Assembly (NCBI GenBank): GCA_963729625.1
Contig: CAVSOU010000011.1
Coordinates: forward strand, 512,001 to 576,000
Source of the DNA: an uncultured bacterium
GTDB lineage: Bacteria > Chloroflexota > UBA5177 > JANWHV01
Length of the DNA stretch: 64,000 bases
Direction of reading: 5' to 3'
Shown here: positions 40,091 to 50,869 of the stretch, in pieces
Layout of the letters: each line of letters opens with the position of its first letter
How positions within the stretch are numbered: the first letter of the stretch is position 1
The notes under the pieces: generated by a model
Told to the model about the DNA's origin: nothing
The model's database searches: none
The model's input: the letters and a program-made list of their open reading frames with translations, nothing else
Translations under genes and position numbers: made by a program

Positions 40091-41458
40091 TCAGAGGCGT
40101 GGTCCGGATAACTCGTAGTCACCGCGTGGCGGCGGTGGCTCGATCGTAACCGAGGCGGACCGCGTCGTGATGCCATTGCTCCCGCGCGATGTGACGGTCA
40201 GTTGAGCTTTTGCCGAGCTCTTGGGGCGATAGGTGATGCGCAGCGGGGCGTCCGCCACGCCCTTTGCCGTCGCGACTCCATTCCAGGCTGCCTGGTACAC
40301 GATCTTCTTCACAGTGAGGCGCTTGCGCCGTGCGCCCGTGCCGACATACGAGACCGTCGTCACCTGTACCACCACCGCAGCGCGAATACGCGCCTTCGGG
40401 CTGGTAGTAATGTGTACTTTCAGCACGTCGCCACTGATGATTTGGGGCGCGACGCGCAGGGTGAGCGGTGTGGCCGGCTTCGTCGCATGCGTTGCCGCAG
40501 GGGTTACGGCATGTGCTGAGCCTGCCGCTGCCGGAGTCCGGCTCGGCAGGCTGGTCAGGGTAGCCGTGGGTGTTCGCGTTGCGCTTCTGGTCGGTGTTCG
40601 CGTTACGGTTCTTGTCGGCGTGAGCGTGGGGGTCTTGGTGGGGGTAAGGGTTGCGCTTGCGGTCCTGGTCGGCGAGGCCGTAGATGTAACGCTCGCAGTC
40701 TTTGTGGCTGTCAGGGTCGGCGAGTTGCTCGGCGTGGCGGTCACCGTCGCGGTCTTCGTCGCCGTTGGGGTGGCCGAGGGGGTCGCGGTCCTGGTGGGCG
40801 TGGCCGTCGGCGTGTTGGTCGGGGTGGCGGTGAATGTCCTGGTGGGCGAGCTTGTCGGCGAATCGGTTGGGGACCTCGTCATGGTCGGCGTAAGTGTGTT
40901 CGTAGGGGTCTTTGAGGGAGTCGGTGAGATCGTCGCCGTGGACGTCCGCGTGGGCGATTGAGTTGGCGTGCTTGTGAGCGTTATTGTCGGGGAGTTGACC
41001 GGCGTATTTGTAATGGTTGCCGTGGGCAACGGTGACGAGATCGTGGCAAGGGGATAGAACTTTGTGGCGGAGAGCTCTGTGCCGGCAGGCACGTAGCTGA
41101 CGGTGACCACCATGGCGTATGATCCGGCGAGCGCATACCTGTGGGAACCGCTTATTACGAAGCCTCCCGGCTGGCCAGTATTGACCGTCGCGCTGCCTGC
41201 CGAGGTCGAGCCGTCGCCCCAATCGATCACTGTGGCCAGGGCAGACGGAGGAATCGAGGTGTCGTCGGTCATTACCGTGCCGATAGCCTCAGAAAAATAC
41301 ACGTCCGCCGCCTCTGTGATATTCGTGCAAGTTGCTCCGGTGAGTTCCGCCGCAACAGCGGGCCGCACGCGGGTGAAAGCGGAAATGGAAAGGGCGCTTG
41401 CCACACTAGCCAGGAGCAGGCACAAGGCGATGCGGTATGGAATCGATCTCGAACGCAT
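40091..41458 (-). CDS. secreted protein with an Ig-like domain and a long Thr/Pro-rich mucin-like stalk
   Basis: signal peptide ending PAVA; [10 protein letters not shown]...GSHRYA.AGSY; TPT/TAT repeats; basic C-terminal domain. Confidence 0.82.
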   Translation of the reverse strand: MRSRSIPYRIALCLLLASVASALSISAFTRVRPAVAAELTGATCTNITEAADVYFSEAIGTVMTDDTSIPPSALATVIDWGDGSTSAGSATVNTGQPGGFVISGSHRYALAGSYAMVVTVSYVPAGTELSATKFYPLATISSPLPTATITNTPVNSPTITLTSTPTQSPTRTSTATISPTPSKTPTNTLTPTMTRSPTDSPTSSPTRTFTATPTNTPTATPTRTATPSATPTATKTATVTATPSNSPTLTATKTASVTSTASPTRTASATLTPTKTPTLTPTRTVTRTPTRSATRTPTATLTSLPSRTPAAAGSAHAVTPAATHATKPATPLTLRVAPQIISGDVLKVHITTSPKARIRAAVVVQVTTVSYVGTGARRKRLTVKKIVYQAAWNGVATAKGVADAPLRITYRPKSSAKAQLTVTSRGSNGITTRSASVTIEPPPPRGDYELSGPRL

Positions 41459-41925
41459 CGCCGCTCTCCAAAACGACTTGTCTCCTGCCTGTCACGGAAT
41501 GCCACTATCAACACGAGCTCTACCCGACGTGATGGCAAAGCCATGAACGGCGTTCCGCGCAGGCATCCACGCTCTCGCGGTTCCAGTATGATATGGTCGG
41601 TTTCTTGCCGCAAGGACACGATTTGGCTACTGTGCTATACTGCAGAGGTCTGGCGCCAATCGCGCTCCGCGCGCTGGCGCTTGGTACTGACGCTGTTTTC
41701 TGGTGTCCGCTCCCCGCGCAGTGCTTGTCGCTGCCAGATCGGGTTTGCCAGTCGGACCCATTCAGCTAGATCCAGAGTGCAGCCGGTGGTCACGCCGTGC
41801 CCGGCGGCAATTCGTTCCCGCCGTGAGCAGCGATACGCGTATGCCACAGTTGGTCGACGCTGTTCTGCGATCGCACGATATTGAGCGGCCAAGTGATGGC
41901 CGCATGAAAGTATGGAGAACTCATA

Positions 41926-43155
41926 GTGACAACAGAGGTACTTGCTGCTGAGCAAGATCTACGTTTCGGCAGCATACCTGTCGACGCTCGCATCGCCCGA
42001 GCGCTGAGCGCGCTTGGCTACACGAGCCCAACGCCGATCCAGGAACAGACGATTCCGCTGATGCGTCAGGGTCGAGACGTCATCGGCCTTGCGAAGACTG
42101 GATCGGGCAAGACGGCCGGCTTTGGTATTCCACTGATCGAAGGCATTAGGACGCACGACCGGTACGTGCAGGCTATCGTGCTGACGCCGACACGAGAGTT
42201 GGCGTCGCAGGTGGCGGCGGCGCTCAGTGCACTTGGACATGCGTCGGGCGTGCGCATCGTGGCAATCTACGGGGGAGTCAGCATGCTGCCGCAGCTTCAA
42301 GCCTTACGCGGCGGAGCCCAGGTCGTGGTCGGCACTCCCGGCCGCGTGCTCGATCATGTAGCACGTGGAACGCTGGACCTGAGCCGTACGCGGCTTGTCA
42401 TTCTGGACGAAGCCGATCGCATGCTCGATGTGGGCTTCGTGCCCGACATCGACAGGATCTTGCGCGCAGTGCCCGCCGGTCGGCAAACCGGCTTGTTCAG
42501 CGCCACGTTTCCCGCCGAGGTGGAGGCGCTTGGCGCCCGCCATACGCGCGACGCCGCGCGAATCTCGCCTGCTGCTGAGGATGCTCAGCTCGACACCCTG
42601 GACGAGCGGTTTCTTCGCGTCGGCGCGGTGGGCGAGAAAGTTGACAAGCTGCACGACATTCTCATCGGCTCGGAATGCCGGCTGGCGCTGGTGTTTCGCC
42701 GAACGACCCACAAGGCGGACCGGCTCGCGAAGGATCTGGAGCAACGCGGCTTCAAGGTGGCAGCTCTGCATGGTCGGCGCTCTCAGGCTCAGAGGGAGAA
42801 GGCACTCGGCGCGCTGCGATCCGGGCAGCTCAAGGTCCTTGTCGCCACGGATATTGCCAGCCGAGGCATCGACATTACCGGCCTGACGCACGTGGTCAAC
42901 TATGACTTGCCGGATACGGCCGAGGCCTACACGCATCGCGTTGGCCGCACCGCGCGCATGGGCGCCAACGGCATCGCCATCACGCTGGTGGCGCCGGAGG
43001 ATGAGGTCGATTTGCGCAGCATCCAGCGGAAGCTTTCGCCCCAGCCAGCCCGCGTTCAGGCAACACAGGCGCCTCGCCGCGGCCGCGACATGACATTCCG
43101 GCGGCGAGCAGGTGGGGCCGGTGCGCCGTACCGCCTTAGCAGAGCACCCAGTTGA
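41926..43155 (+). CDS. DEAD-box ATP-dependent RNA helicase
   Basis: PTPIQ, AKTGSGKT, PTRELA, TPGR, DEAD, SAT, SRGID, HRVGRTAR. Confidence 0.96.
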   Translation: MTTEVLAAEQDLRFGSIPVDARIARALSALGYTSPTPIQEQTIPLMRQGRDVIGLAKTGSGKTAGFGIPLIEGIRTHDRYVQAIVLTPTRELASQVAAALSALGHASGVRIVAIYGGVSMLPQLQALRGGAQVVVGTPGRVLDHVARGTLDLSRTRLVILDEADRMLDVGFVPDIDRILRAVPAGRQTGLFSATFPAEVEALGARHTRDAARISPAAEDAQLDTLDERFLRVGAVGEKVDKLHDILIGSECRLALVFRRTTHKADRLAKDLEQRGFKVAALHGRRSQAQREKALGALRSGQLKVLVATDIASRGIDITGLTHVVNYDLPDTAEAYTHRVGRTARMGANGIAITLVAPEDEVDLRSIQRKLSPQPARVQATQAPRRGRDMTFRRRAGGAGAPYRLSRAPS

Positions 43156-43348
43156 GACTCTCGCGGCGCACGTCACGCTCACGCCGCCGCGCATAGCACG
43201 AGGCCAGCGCCTGCTGCCGGCCGTCAGTGCCCTGCAACACCTGTCGTTGCAGGGACCGGATCTCGGCAGAGATGGCGCTGAGGCGCGCGCCAGTTTCGCC
43301 CAGTTGCGCCACGGTGACTCGCTCACTCACTATCACCATGTCACTCAC
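43136..43348 (-). CDS. small hypothetical coiled-coil protein
   Basis: 70-aa ORF with an upstream AGGAGG; start uncertain. Confidence 0.45.
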   Translation of the reverse strand: MSDMVIVSERVTVAQLGETGARLSAISAEIRSLQRQVLQGTDGRQQALASCYARRRERDVRRESLNWVLC

Positions 43349-43423
43349 TGCGTGTCCAGACGGGTTCCCTCCTGATGGGCCACCTCATGACATGGAAAGT
43401 TCCGCGAGTAACTAGGATGTGAT

Positions 43424-44545
43424 TCACAGTGTGCTCTTAAGTTTCTGAGGAATCGCTGGGCGCCGCAGGCGCGCCCGTATATCCGCAGCGCGGTCCTGGA
43501 TCTCCTGCCGTGAGATCGAGGCCGCCTCGTACATCGCGAATATGTTTTCGTCAGGCGTCTCCGGGGAGATCGTGTGCGAGGCTGCCAGGATGTACCCGCC
43601 TCCATCTGCCGTCATGCCCGCCAGCAGGCGCTCGGTCTCGCGACGTACGTCGAGCGCCGACCCATTCGGCAGAAGTTCTTGCGTGTCCACCCCGCCCATG
43701 AAGGCGAGCCGATCACCGTACTCACGCTTCAGCTCCAGAGGCTCCATACCCGGACAATTGCTCTGCACCGGGTTGAGCACGCTCAGTCCAATCTCGATCA
43801 GGTCGGGGATGATGGAACGCAACGCTCCGCAGCAGTGGTAGGCCACCGGCAGGCCGTGCGCGTGGCCCACCTCGAACACGCGCGCGAGATGCGGCTTCAC
43901 CAGGGCGCGCCACGATCGCGGGCTGAACATCATATTCTGCTGGGATGCGACGTCGTCCCCGGTCCAGAACCAGTCCAGATCGAAGCGCTCGCAGGCCAGC
44001 CGGCCCAGCTCGCACGAGAAGTCCGCGCAGCGTCCGAACATCTCGCTCGCCAGATCGGGATCGCCGGCCATGTCCAGCATGGCGTCCTCCATGCCGCGCA
44101 GGCGCCAGTACATCTCAAAGACGCATGGCGATACGTCGCAGCCGATGTACGCGCCGTCGTGCATGCCCACTATCGGGTCCATGTTGGCCAGCAAATCGTT
44201 CACGTGCTCCCGCGGAAAGGCGTAGCCCAGCACCATGTCGCGCGATGCGCCGGCCAGTGGGTAGTTCGCGATCTGGTTGAAGCCGTAGCGCCTCTCCCAG
44301 GTGATGCCCCACCAATCGCAGTGTCTGTCGCCGTCCGAGTCGTGCACGATCCCTTCCATAGCATAGTTATTGTTCACCCACGCCTGGCGGATATCGTTGC
44401 CCATCGCTTCGCCGACATACCCTGCAGGTACATCGAGTAGGCGCGCCAGGCGCTCGTTGGTCGAAGGATGAAACCACATGTACACCGGCACCCTGTCGAC
44501 CGGCTGCTTCTTGAGAGCCCTGACTACCCTTTCACGCGATTTCAC
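43424..44545 (-). CDS. uroporphyrinogen decarboxylase-family (MtaA/CmuA-like) protein
   Basis: MKSRERV...VDRVP, D.WG..W, LRGME..M.D, GDDVASQ, YHCCG, NPVQ, GGVDTQ, GGYILAASH. Confidence 0.9.
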   Translation of the reverse strand: MKSRERVVRALKKQPVDRVPVYMWFHPSTNERLARLLDVPAGYVGEAMGNDIRQAWVNNNYAMEGIVHDSDGDRHCDWWGITWERRYGFNQIANYPLAGASRDMVLGYAFPREHVNDLLANMDPIVGMHDGAYIGCDVSPCVFEMYWRLRGMEDAMLDMAGDPDLASEMFGRCADFSCELGRLACERFDLDWFWTGDDVASQQNMMFSPRSWRALVKPHLARVFEVGHAHGLPVAYHCCGALRSIIPDLIEIGLSVLNPVQSNCPGMEPLELKREYGDRLAFMGGVDTQELLPNGSALDVRRETERLLAGMTADGGGYILAASHTISPETPDENIFAMYEAASISRQEIQDRAADIRARLRRPAIPQKLKSTL

Positions 44546-44675
44546 GGCACGCCCCCATCGTCCTGCGAGGCTGGTCGTCCTGACCGCGCCTCTTGCATGC
44601 TGTCCGTCCTAAACCATTGGCCCGTGTGTCGCAGCACACAGTGCGCCGCCTGCGGAGCGGGTCGAATGGATTCTC

Positions 44676-45779
44676 CTATATCTCCCCGTCCAGGCCCGAG
44701 GGCAGTGCTGACGGGCGGAGGCACATGCTCGTGAGCTCGACGTGGCTACCAGTGCGAGCCGCATCGTCGATCGACGTCATAATGTCCAGTACGTGATACG
44801 TGAGATCGCCGCTGGCCCGATGCGGCCTCCCCCTGCGGAGTGCGTCGGCCATGTCTGCCACTCCGATGCCGCGACTATTGGTCGTGTAGCCATGCGTCAG
44901 GGGAATTTCGCTCCAGCCGGCGGAGCCGGCCCGCCTGAGGCTCACGGGACCGCCATACGTGTTGGGATCGGGAACGCCGAGCGAGCCCTCGGTACCGTAA
45001 ATCTCAATGGTCGGCACGTTCGCGGCCCAGACATCAAAGCTGGTGACCAGGGTGGCGATGGCGCCCGTGGCGAACTCAAGTATCCCTGCCACGTGCGTCG
45101 GCACCTCGACACCGATCGTGGCGCCGTACTGTGGGGCGCTGGTAATCGTCCGTTCCGGGAATGTGATGCGCGCGGCGCCGGTGACGCGCCTGACCGGCCC
45201 GATCAGCGAGACAAGGGCACTCAAGTAGTATGGTCCCATATCCAGCATCGGCCCTCCGCCGCGCTTGTAGTAGAAGGCCGGGTCGGGGTGCCAGCTTTCG
45301 TGACCGTGGCAGAGCATAAAGGCAGTGGCCGCGACCGGCGTCCCGATCCATCCATCGTCGATCAACTTCCGGCACGTCTGCAGGCCGCCGCCCAGGAAGG
45401 TGTCCGGCGCCCCGCCTAGCAGCAGGCTGCGTTGGTGAGCCAATTCCACCAGGTCCTTCGCATCGTCGCGCGACACCGCCAGAGGCTTCTCATTGTACAC
45501 GTGCTTCCCGGCCTGGAGTGCCTTGCGCGCAACCTCGGCGTGTGCTGCTGGGATTGTCAGGTTGATGATTAGCTCGATCGACGGATCCGCCAGCATGGCG
45601 TCGACGCTGACGGCCGAGATGCCGAACTGAGCCGCCCGTGACTCAGCACGGCTCATATCGAGGTCGGCGCAAGCCAACAGGTTGAGAGATTTCAGGCGCT
45701 TGGCGTTTTCTAGATAGATGCTGCTGATGTTGCCGCAGCCGACGACTCCGACCCCTACCGCGTTCTGCACACCATTCAT
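44676..45779 (-). CDS. Gfo/Idh/MocA-family oxidoreductase
   Basis: [41 protein letters not shown]. Confidence 0.95.
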   Translation of the reverse strand: MNGVQNAVGVGVVGCGNISSIYLENAKRLKSLNLLACADLDMSRAESRAAQFGISAVSVDAMLADPSIELIINLTIPAAHAEVARKALQAGKHVYNEKPLAVSRDDAKDLVELAHQRSLLLGGAPDTFLGGGLQTCRKLIDDGWIGTPVAATAFMLCHGHESWHPDPAFYYKRGGGPMLDMGPYYLSALVSLIGPVRRVTGAARITFPERTITSAPQYGATIGVEVPTHVAGILEFATGAIATLVTSFDVWAANVPTIEIYGTEGSLGVPDPNTYGGPVSLRRAGSAGWSEIPLTHGYTTNSRGIGVADMADALRRGRPHRASGDLTYHVLDIMTSIDDAARTGSHVELTSMCLRPSALPSGLDGEI

Positions 45780-46498
45780 GCCAGCGCCCTCCCCTGCACC
45801 GCGGCAGGGCCGCCGTTTGGAAACGCGGATGCCACGTCCTCAGCGCGCGCCGCCCAGAGCAATCCACGCAGGCAAAGTGCATGCACCTCGGCAATGGCTA
45901 CGACATCTGCGTGGTGCCCGAGCGAACAATAGAACACCCGGCCCCGGCCCCAGAGACGTGTCCAGATCACCGGGACGTCGACCGGGCCGTTGGCGCTATG
46001 CGGGCCATCCACGACAGGGAAGCGGGTAGTCGCCAGCACATGGTTCGCGGGATCCACATGCATGTAGTACTGCTCGGTGACTACCTCGAAGTCGCTCGCC
46101 CCGGACGTGATGAAATGTTCGTGATCGACGATGGTTATGCCGTGCCGGATGCCGTCCCCTCCCGGGTGAGCCACCCATTGACCACCGACCATGAATTGAT
46201 AGTCCGTGGCCTGGCGGAAGGAGTCGCCCATACCGCCGTGGCAGCCGCCAAGGCCTGCACCGCTCTCCACGGCGGCCAGGAGATTCTCAAGCTGGACCTG
46301 CGTGATCTCACCCATGGTCCAGACCGGGCAGATCAGGTCCAGCCCCATCAGCTTCTCGCGGTCCAGCAACGAATCAAGCGTGTCCGACACGGCAACGTCG
46401 AAGCCCGCCACGCGTAGGCTATCGGCAAAGACGGCGGCGACTTGCCGCGGTTCATGTCCGTCCCAGCCACCCCATACGATCAACGCTTTCTTGTCCAC
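45776..46498 (-). CDS. ThuA-domain protein
   Basis: [50 protein letters not shown]. Confidence 0.93.
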   Translation of the reverse strand: MDKKALIVWGGWDGHEPRQVAAVFADSLRVAGFDVAVSDTLDSLLDREKLMGLDLICPVWTMGEITQVQLENLLAAVESGAGLGGCHGGMGDSFRQATDYQFMVGGQWVAHPGGDGIRHGITIVDHEHFITSGASDFEVVTEQYYMHVDPANHVLATTRFPVVDGPHSANGPVDVPVIWTRLWGRGRVFYCSLGHHADVVAIAEVHALCLRGLLWAARAEDVASAFPNGGPAAVQGRALA

Positions 46499-47248
46499 CT
46501 GGACCTATACCTCTCTACTAGACTTCAGCGCATTTGAGCCTCACCGGCGCTCCACTCAAATCGGGACTCGCTCGACCGCGCGCCAGCATGAGCGGTCCAT
46601 CGGCCGAACGCGCACTGCATGGTCGGCATTCACATCCCCTGACAGGAACGGATCACCAGCTCTCAGCTGTTCGGGAATCAGATTACCATGAACGGGTCGT
46701 GACCTATTCCCCTGGTGGGTCGGTTGTCACGCTCGTGGCCATTGGCCCAGCACCGTTCTGACACCGCACTGTCGGGTACCGGGTACCCACAAGAGTGGGT
46801 GATGAGTGGGTGATGCTGCCATGATGGTAGAGTCGAGGACGAGCGCGGTGGCCTCCTCGTGGTGGCTCCGTTTCCCGTCCCCGCTCATCAAGTCGGGTAG
46901 GCCGCCGGCGAGCCACGACCTCGGCCAGTCCCGCGAGCGTCCGTCATTGCCGGCCGGGTTGATATGCGCCGGGATCGCCTCGGACGCAAGGAGCGGGAAG
47001 CGCACCACGCCAGGCAGGAGGAAGCCGGTCCTCGCCGGTGCGCCAAAAGCGTGGAACGGGGCGTTCGGGTCGCCTGCGCACCGCGTGAGCATGCCCTCGA
47101 CGGTGGTATTGCTGCATCGAAATGCATCAGCCTGCTGATCGGTTCGGCGCTTGCTGACCCACTCTTGGCACTGGCCGACTGTGAAAAAAGAACAAGAGAG
47201 ATGGGCGCATGTCGAATATCGCGTGTCGCCATGTGCTATATCCAGGCA

Positions 47249-47284
47249 TCCCACTTGACAGAGAAAGTGGGAGACTGGTAGACT
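47249..47284 (+). promoter_or_regulatory. vapBC promoter with an overlapping inverted-repeat operator
   Basis: TTGACA-N18-TAGACT; inverted repeat TCCCACTT-N8-AAGTGGGA (47249-47272) over the -35 box. Confidence 0.7.
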
Positions 47285-47291
47285 TGCCCAT

Positions 47292-47567
47292 ATGAAAGGC
47301 GTGAGTGGGACAGCACGTTTGGACGAGCGTGGGCGCTTGGTGGTGCCGGCAGAGCTGCGTCGCCGGCTTGGCCTCCGTGCCGGCGATGAGATGAAGATCA
47401 GCGAGGAGGCCGACGGCGTCCTCCGCGTAGAAAGCCACCGCGCTGCTGCCCGCGCGCTGATCGGCTCGGCCGGGCACATGAAGGGCTCAGCCGTCGAGGA
47501 GTTGCGGGCTGAGCGTCGCCGACAGGCGGCGGCAGAAGACCAGGCTGCACAGCGCGGATCTCGATGA
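47292..47567 (+). CDS. vapB: AbrB/MazE/SpoVT-family antitoxin
   Basis: RLDERGRLVVPAELRRRLGLRAGD; ATGA coupling to the toxin. Confidence 0.92.
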   Translation: MKGVSGTARLDERGRLVVPAELRRRLGLRAGDEMKISEEADGVLRVESHRAAARALIGSAGHMKGSAVEELRAERRRQAAAEDQAAQRGSR

Positions 47568-47974
47568 CCGTCGCGATCGACGCGTCGGCGCTGTTGGCGC
47601 TGCTGTTCGCTGAGCCCGGTGCCGAGTTGGTCGCCGACGCGATCGCCGGCAGAGCAGCGACGAGCGCCGTCAATCTCAGTGAAGTGGCAACCGTCCTTGT
47701 GCGCCACAAGAAGGATCCCGCGACGGTTCTTGGCCCTGTCCGCGAGCTTCTCGCAGTAGAGCCGTTCACGGACGCGGATGCGATGGCGGCCGCTGCGCTC
47801 TATCCGAAGACGACAAGCAAGGGTCTGTCGCTCGGCGATCGCGCTTGCCTCGCGCTCGCGCAGCGACTAGGGGCTCCAACACTGACGGCCGAGCGTGTCT
47901 GGGCCGAGCTTGACCTCGACATCGACGTGCAGCTGATCAGGGGGTCTGTGGAGGACGAGGCGGTGGAGCGATGA
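47564..47974 (+). CDS. vapC: VapC PIN-domain toxin
   Basis: IDASALLALLFAEPG, SAVNLSEV, GLSLGDRACLALA, LTAERVW. Confidence 0.94.
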   Translation: MTVAIDASALLALLFAEPGAELVADAIAGRAATSAVNLSEVATVLVRHKKDPATVLGPVRELLAVEPFTDADAMAAAALYPKTTSKGLSLGDRACLALAQRLGAPTLTAERVWAELDLDIDVQLIRGSVEDEAVER

Positions 47975-48264
47975 AGAAGACCAACGACACCTACTGTGTG
48001 ACCTTCACGGGCAAGCGGACGACGGAACGCTACTACCGCGACAGGCAGGGTTGGGTGAAGGTGTCGAACCGGGGTCGCGTGTTCAGGGCGAGCGCCGAGC
48101 AGGTACTCAACCACCTGCTGCCGGCGCTCGCGTTCGCGGAACGACTCGGCCTGGCCGTGACCGTCGGCCATACCGAGACTCCGTACTGGCAGACCCCCGC
48201 CGCACAGGCGGACTCTCCCTGCCCGCCTGGAGAGATGCGCTCGACAACGCTTCACAATGAGTGA
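47971..48264 (+). CDS. hypothetical protein translationally coupled to vapC
   Basis: ATGA overlap, RBS GGAG; motif SAEQVLNHLLPALA. Confidence 0.7.
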   Translation: MKKTNDTYCVTFTGKRTTERYYRDRQGWVKVSNRGRVFRASAEQVLNHLLPALAFAERLGLAVTVGHTETPYWQTPAAQADSPCPPGEMRSTTLHNE

Positions 48265-48508
48265 TGACTGATCGATGCTGTTGGCGAACCGGGCCAGCAA
48301 CGCACGATCCTGGGAGCGCGGGCCTCTCGCCCAATACGCCTTAGATAAGCGAGATACAGGTTCAGCCTAAGGGCCGGCCTCGGCGGCGACCGCTATGGAC
48401 GTGATCATCGTGCGGTCATGTGGGCAAGCAATAATGGGACTATGTGACTGAAGTCGCCCAGTGCCACCACAGACAATCCGTGCGCTGGGCGCGACACGAG
48501 GGAACAGG

Positions 48509-49927
48509 ATGCACTGGATCCCGGTCAAGCGACCGATTGGAATTGGCCTCGCTGTCTTGGTCGTGGCCACTGGCTTTCTCACGCGCGGCGGCATGCACAC
48601 ACTTGCAGCGAGCATGCTGTCGGCGCTGATCCACGTCCGGCCGGCTACGATCCTCGAGATCGTGGCGCTTGGGAGTGCCGCTGCCCTCCTGAGCGGCGTT
48701 GAGTGGTGGCGGCTGCTGCATCGTCTCGGTTACTCGGTACCGTTTCGCGCGGGGTTCACGGCATATCTCAGCGCCGGTCTTGGCGGCTACGTGGTGAATT
48801 CGGTCGGTCCTGCCCTGGGATCGGCCGCGAGCTTGCGCCAGCACGGCGTCACGCCGGGCAGGGCTGCGCTTCTCACCTTGATTGCCAACGCCCTTGGCTT
48901 TTGCGGCATCCTGGTCTGGACGCCGCTGGGGCTGGTCGTGTTGGCTCGTACCGGCGTGGACCGCTCGCTGCCGATCATCGGCGGCAGGGGACCAATCGCG
49001 GCGGCCCTGGCGCTGCTGAGCCTTGCGCTTATCATGCTGTTCGTGCTCAGAGCGTTGGCTTCGGCGTCGACGTCGCGCAACCGGTTGGCGCGCCGGCTGT
49101 TGGGTAGCGTGCCCAATGGTGATGGGGATGCGCGACCGCTGTCAAGTCGCCAGTTGATCGCGCTGGTCCCCTGGAGTGCCGCTTCATGGGTCGTGGGTAT
49201 TGGCGCCCTGTACGTTGCCCTTTCCACGATGAGTCCCGGTATCGCAGTCAGCTTCGGCACGGTTATTGGCGCGGCAGCGCTCGCAGCGGGGCTCGGATCG
49301 CTGGCTTTCATCGTGCCCGAGGGCGTGGGGGTAAGCGAGAGCGCGGTGGCTGTCCTGCTCGCGCACGCAAGTGGCGTGCCCGTTACCACGGGTCTTGCCG
49401 CGGCACTCGCCGTGCGCGCGCTCGACCCATTGACCAAGCTGTGTCTGCTTGGCGCGCTGGCGCTCAGCGGCGCCCCAGCCACGAGGCTGGTTGCCCGCGT
49501 GCACCCTTGGTCGCCACGATTTGACCTGCGCGGCACTGCTTCGTCACTTGTAGCCACGCGGCAGGCCTTCCTCGCGTTGCCTCGCCAGGCATCTTTCCAT
49601 AGTTCTGCGCTGCTTGCCGACGTTCTTCCCCTGGCACGTGCGCTTGCGAAAGCACTGGGCAGCCGCGGCGGTCGATTCCTCGACGATATTCTGGGAAGCA
49701 AGCGGACAGCGTTCAGCACGTTGCGTGCGCGCGGCGTCGCCTTGCTCGCTTGCGGAATGCTGCTCTTGGGCGTCGCCGGATCGTTGCCGCGCACCGCGCA
49801 GGCACATGCAACGCGCGATTGGCACCTACGCGGCTATGTTCGCGCCGGTGACGACCGCCAACACGCTGCCACGTCCATCACTTTCGACCGCTCCATCCCG
49901 CGCAATGGCTCGATTACTGCGCTCTGA
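48509..49927 (+). CDS. lysylphosphatidylglycerol synthase TM-domain (flippase-like) membrane protein
   Basis: WWRLL..LG, AFIVPEGVGVSE, ALAVR pattern; many TM segments; atypical C-terminal extension. Confidence 0.75.
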   Translation: MHWIPVKRPIGIGLAVLVVATGFLTRGGMHTLAASMLSALIHVRPATILEIVALGSAAALLSGVEWWRLLHRLGYSVPFRAGFTAYLSAGLGGYVVNSVGPALGSAASLRQHGVTPGRAALLTLIANALGFCGILVWTPLGLVVLARTGVDRSLPIIGGRGPIAAALALLSLALIMLFVLRALASASTSRNRLARRLLGSVPNGDGDARPLSSRQLIALVPWSAASWVVGIGALYVALSTMSPGIAVSFGTVIGAAALAAGLGSLAFIVPEGVGVSESAVAVLLAHASGVPVTTGLAAALAVRALDPLTKLCLLGALALSGAPATRLVARVHPWSPRFDLRGTASSLVATRQAFLALPRQASFHSSALLADVLPLARALAKALGSRGGRFLDDILGSKRTAFSTLRARGVALLACGMLLLGVAGSLPRTAQAHATRDWHLRGYVRAGDDRQHAATSITFDRSIPRNGSITAL

Positions 49928-50013
49928 GGACTCCTCGACACGCTGCTCGCGGTCGATCGCACGACCGGAAGCTTGGCCCTCTGGCGCGCTGCTGGTGGCG
50001 TTGGGACTGTTCG

Positions 50014-50742
50014 TCATTGATGCGCACCGTGAGCTTCCGATTCAGAGACGGCCCCATATCTGGTGCCATAGAGTGCCGGTTCGAATGGCGCTCGTCGGCC
50101 GGGGCAATTCTCCCGCGGACAAAGCTGGCAACTCTCGAAGTGTTCGGTTGTCGGGAATCGGATACCTGAGACCGTCTTGGTCGGTACCATCAGCAGGCTT
50201 TCGGTTAGGCGCACGCCGATCGTCCGAGCGCCTGTCCCAAACAGACCAAACAGGACTTGCTGCTGCTGAATCTGCCAATCGGCAAGCGATCCGGGATTCA
50301 TAACACTCGTCTCGCCTGGGTTATATGTCGCGGCAATGTGTTCCGACAGTGCCTGACTTGCTGCCACCAGGGCGAGCTGCTTCACTATCTCTGCCCAGAA
50401 GCGGTGCAGCGGATCCGCGATGCGTTCACCCCACTCCTGCAACTCCGCCCCGCACGTGGCAAGGTACGGAAACACCCGATACGCTTTGGCAAGATTCACG
50501 CTCAGGACGCGACTGGAGAAGCGTTGACTCTCGACCTCGACGAAATCCTCGCCCCGATCGGTAACATACGCCACCAGGTAGAGGGCTTTGGGCCGGGCAA
50601 GCCGTGCTCCGTCCGCTGCCAACGGCAACAATTCCTGAGCAAGTGCGCTGCCCTCTTCGATTCGAGCCTCCCTGAACAAGGCCGGTGCATCCAGATCGAA
50701 GGCAATGTTCTCCAGCACATGAGACACCACTGCGGCCGTCAT
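50014..50742 (-). CDS. stand-alone B12-dependent methionine synthase activation-domain-like protein
   Basis: ARPKALY, FPYLATCG.EL, MNPGSLADW.I.QQ..LF, LTESLLMVPTKTVSGI, SCQLCPRENCPGRRAP. Confidence 0.85.
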   Translation of the reverse strand: MTAAVVSHVLENIAFDLDAPALFREARIEEGSALAQELLPLAADGARLARPKALYLVAYVTDRGEDFVEVESQRFSSRVLSVNLAKAYRVFPYLATCGAELQEWGERIADPLHRFWAEIVKQLALVAASQALSEHIAATYNPGETSVMNPGSLADWQIQQQQVLFGLFGTGARTIGVRLTESLLMVPTKTVSGIRFPTTEHFESCQLCPRENCPGRRAPFEPALYGTRYGAVSESEAHGAHQ

Positions 50743-50869
50743 ACTGTGGCCCCCTCTACTAGGAAACTTCCTCCACGCCGCCTGCACGTGGTGTCGCCGC
50801 CTGAAGTGAAGCCGGCAACCCCTGCATGTTGCCGCGCTGCCGGCGAACGATTCAGGCAAGCCGCGCCGA

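Noticed and set aside
43424-44545. hemE assignment
   Set aside because: lacks the HemE-type MRQAGR N-terminal motif and has no heme-pathway context
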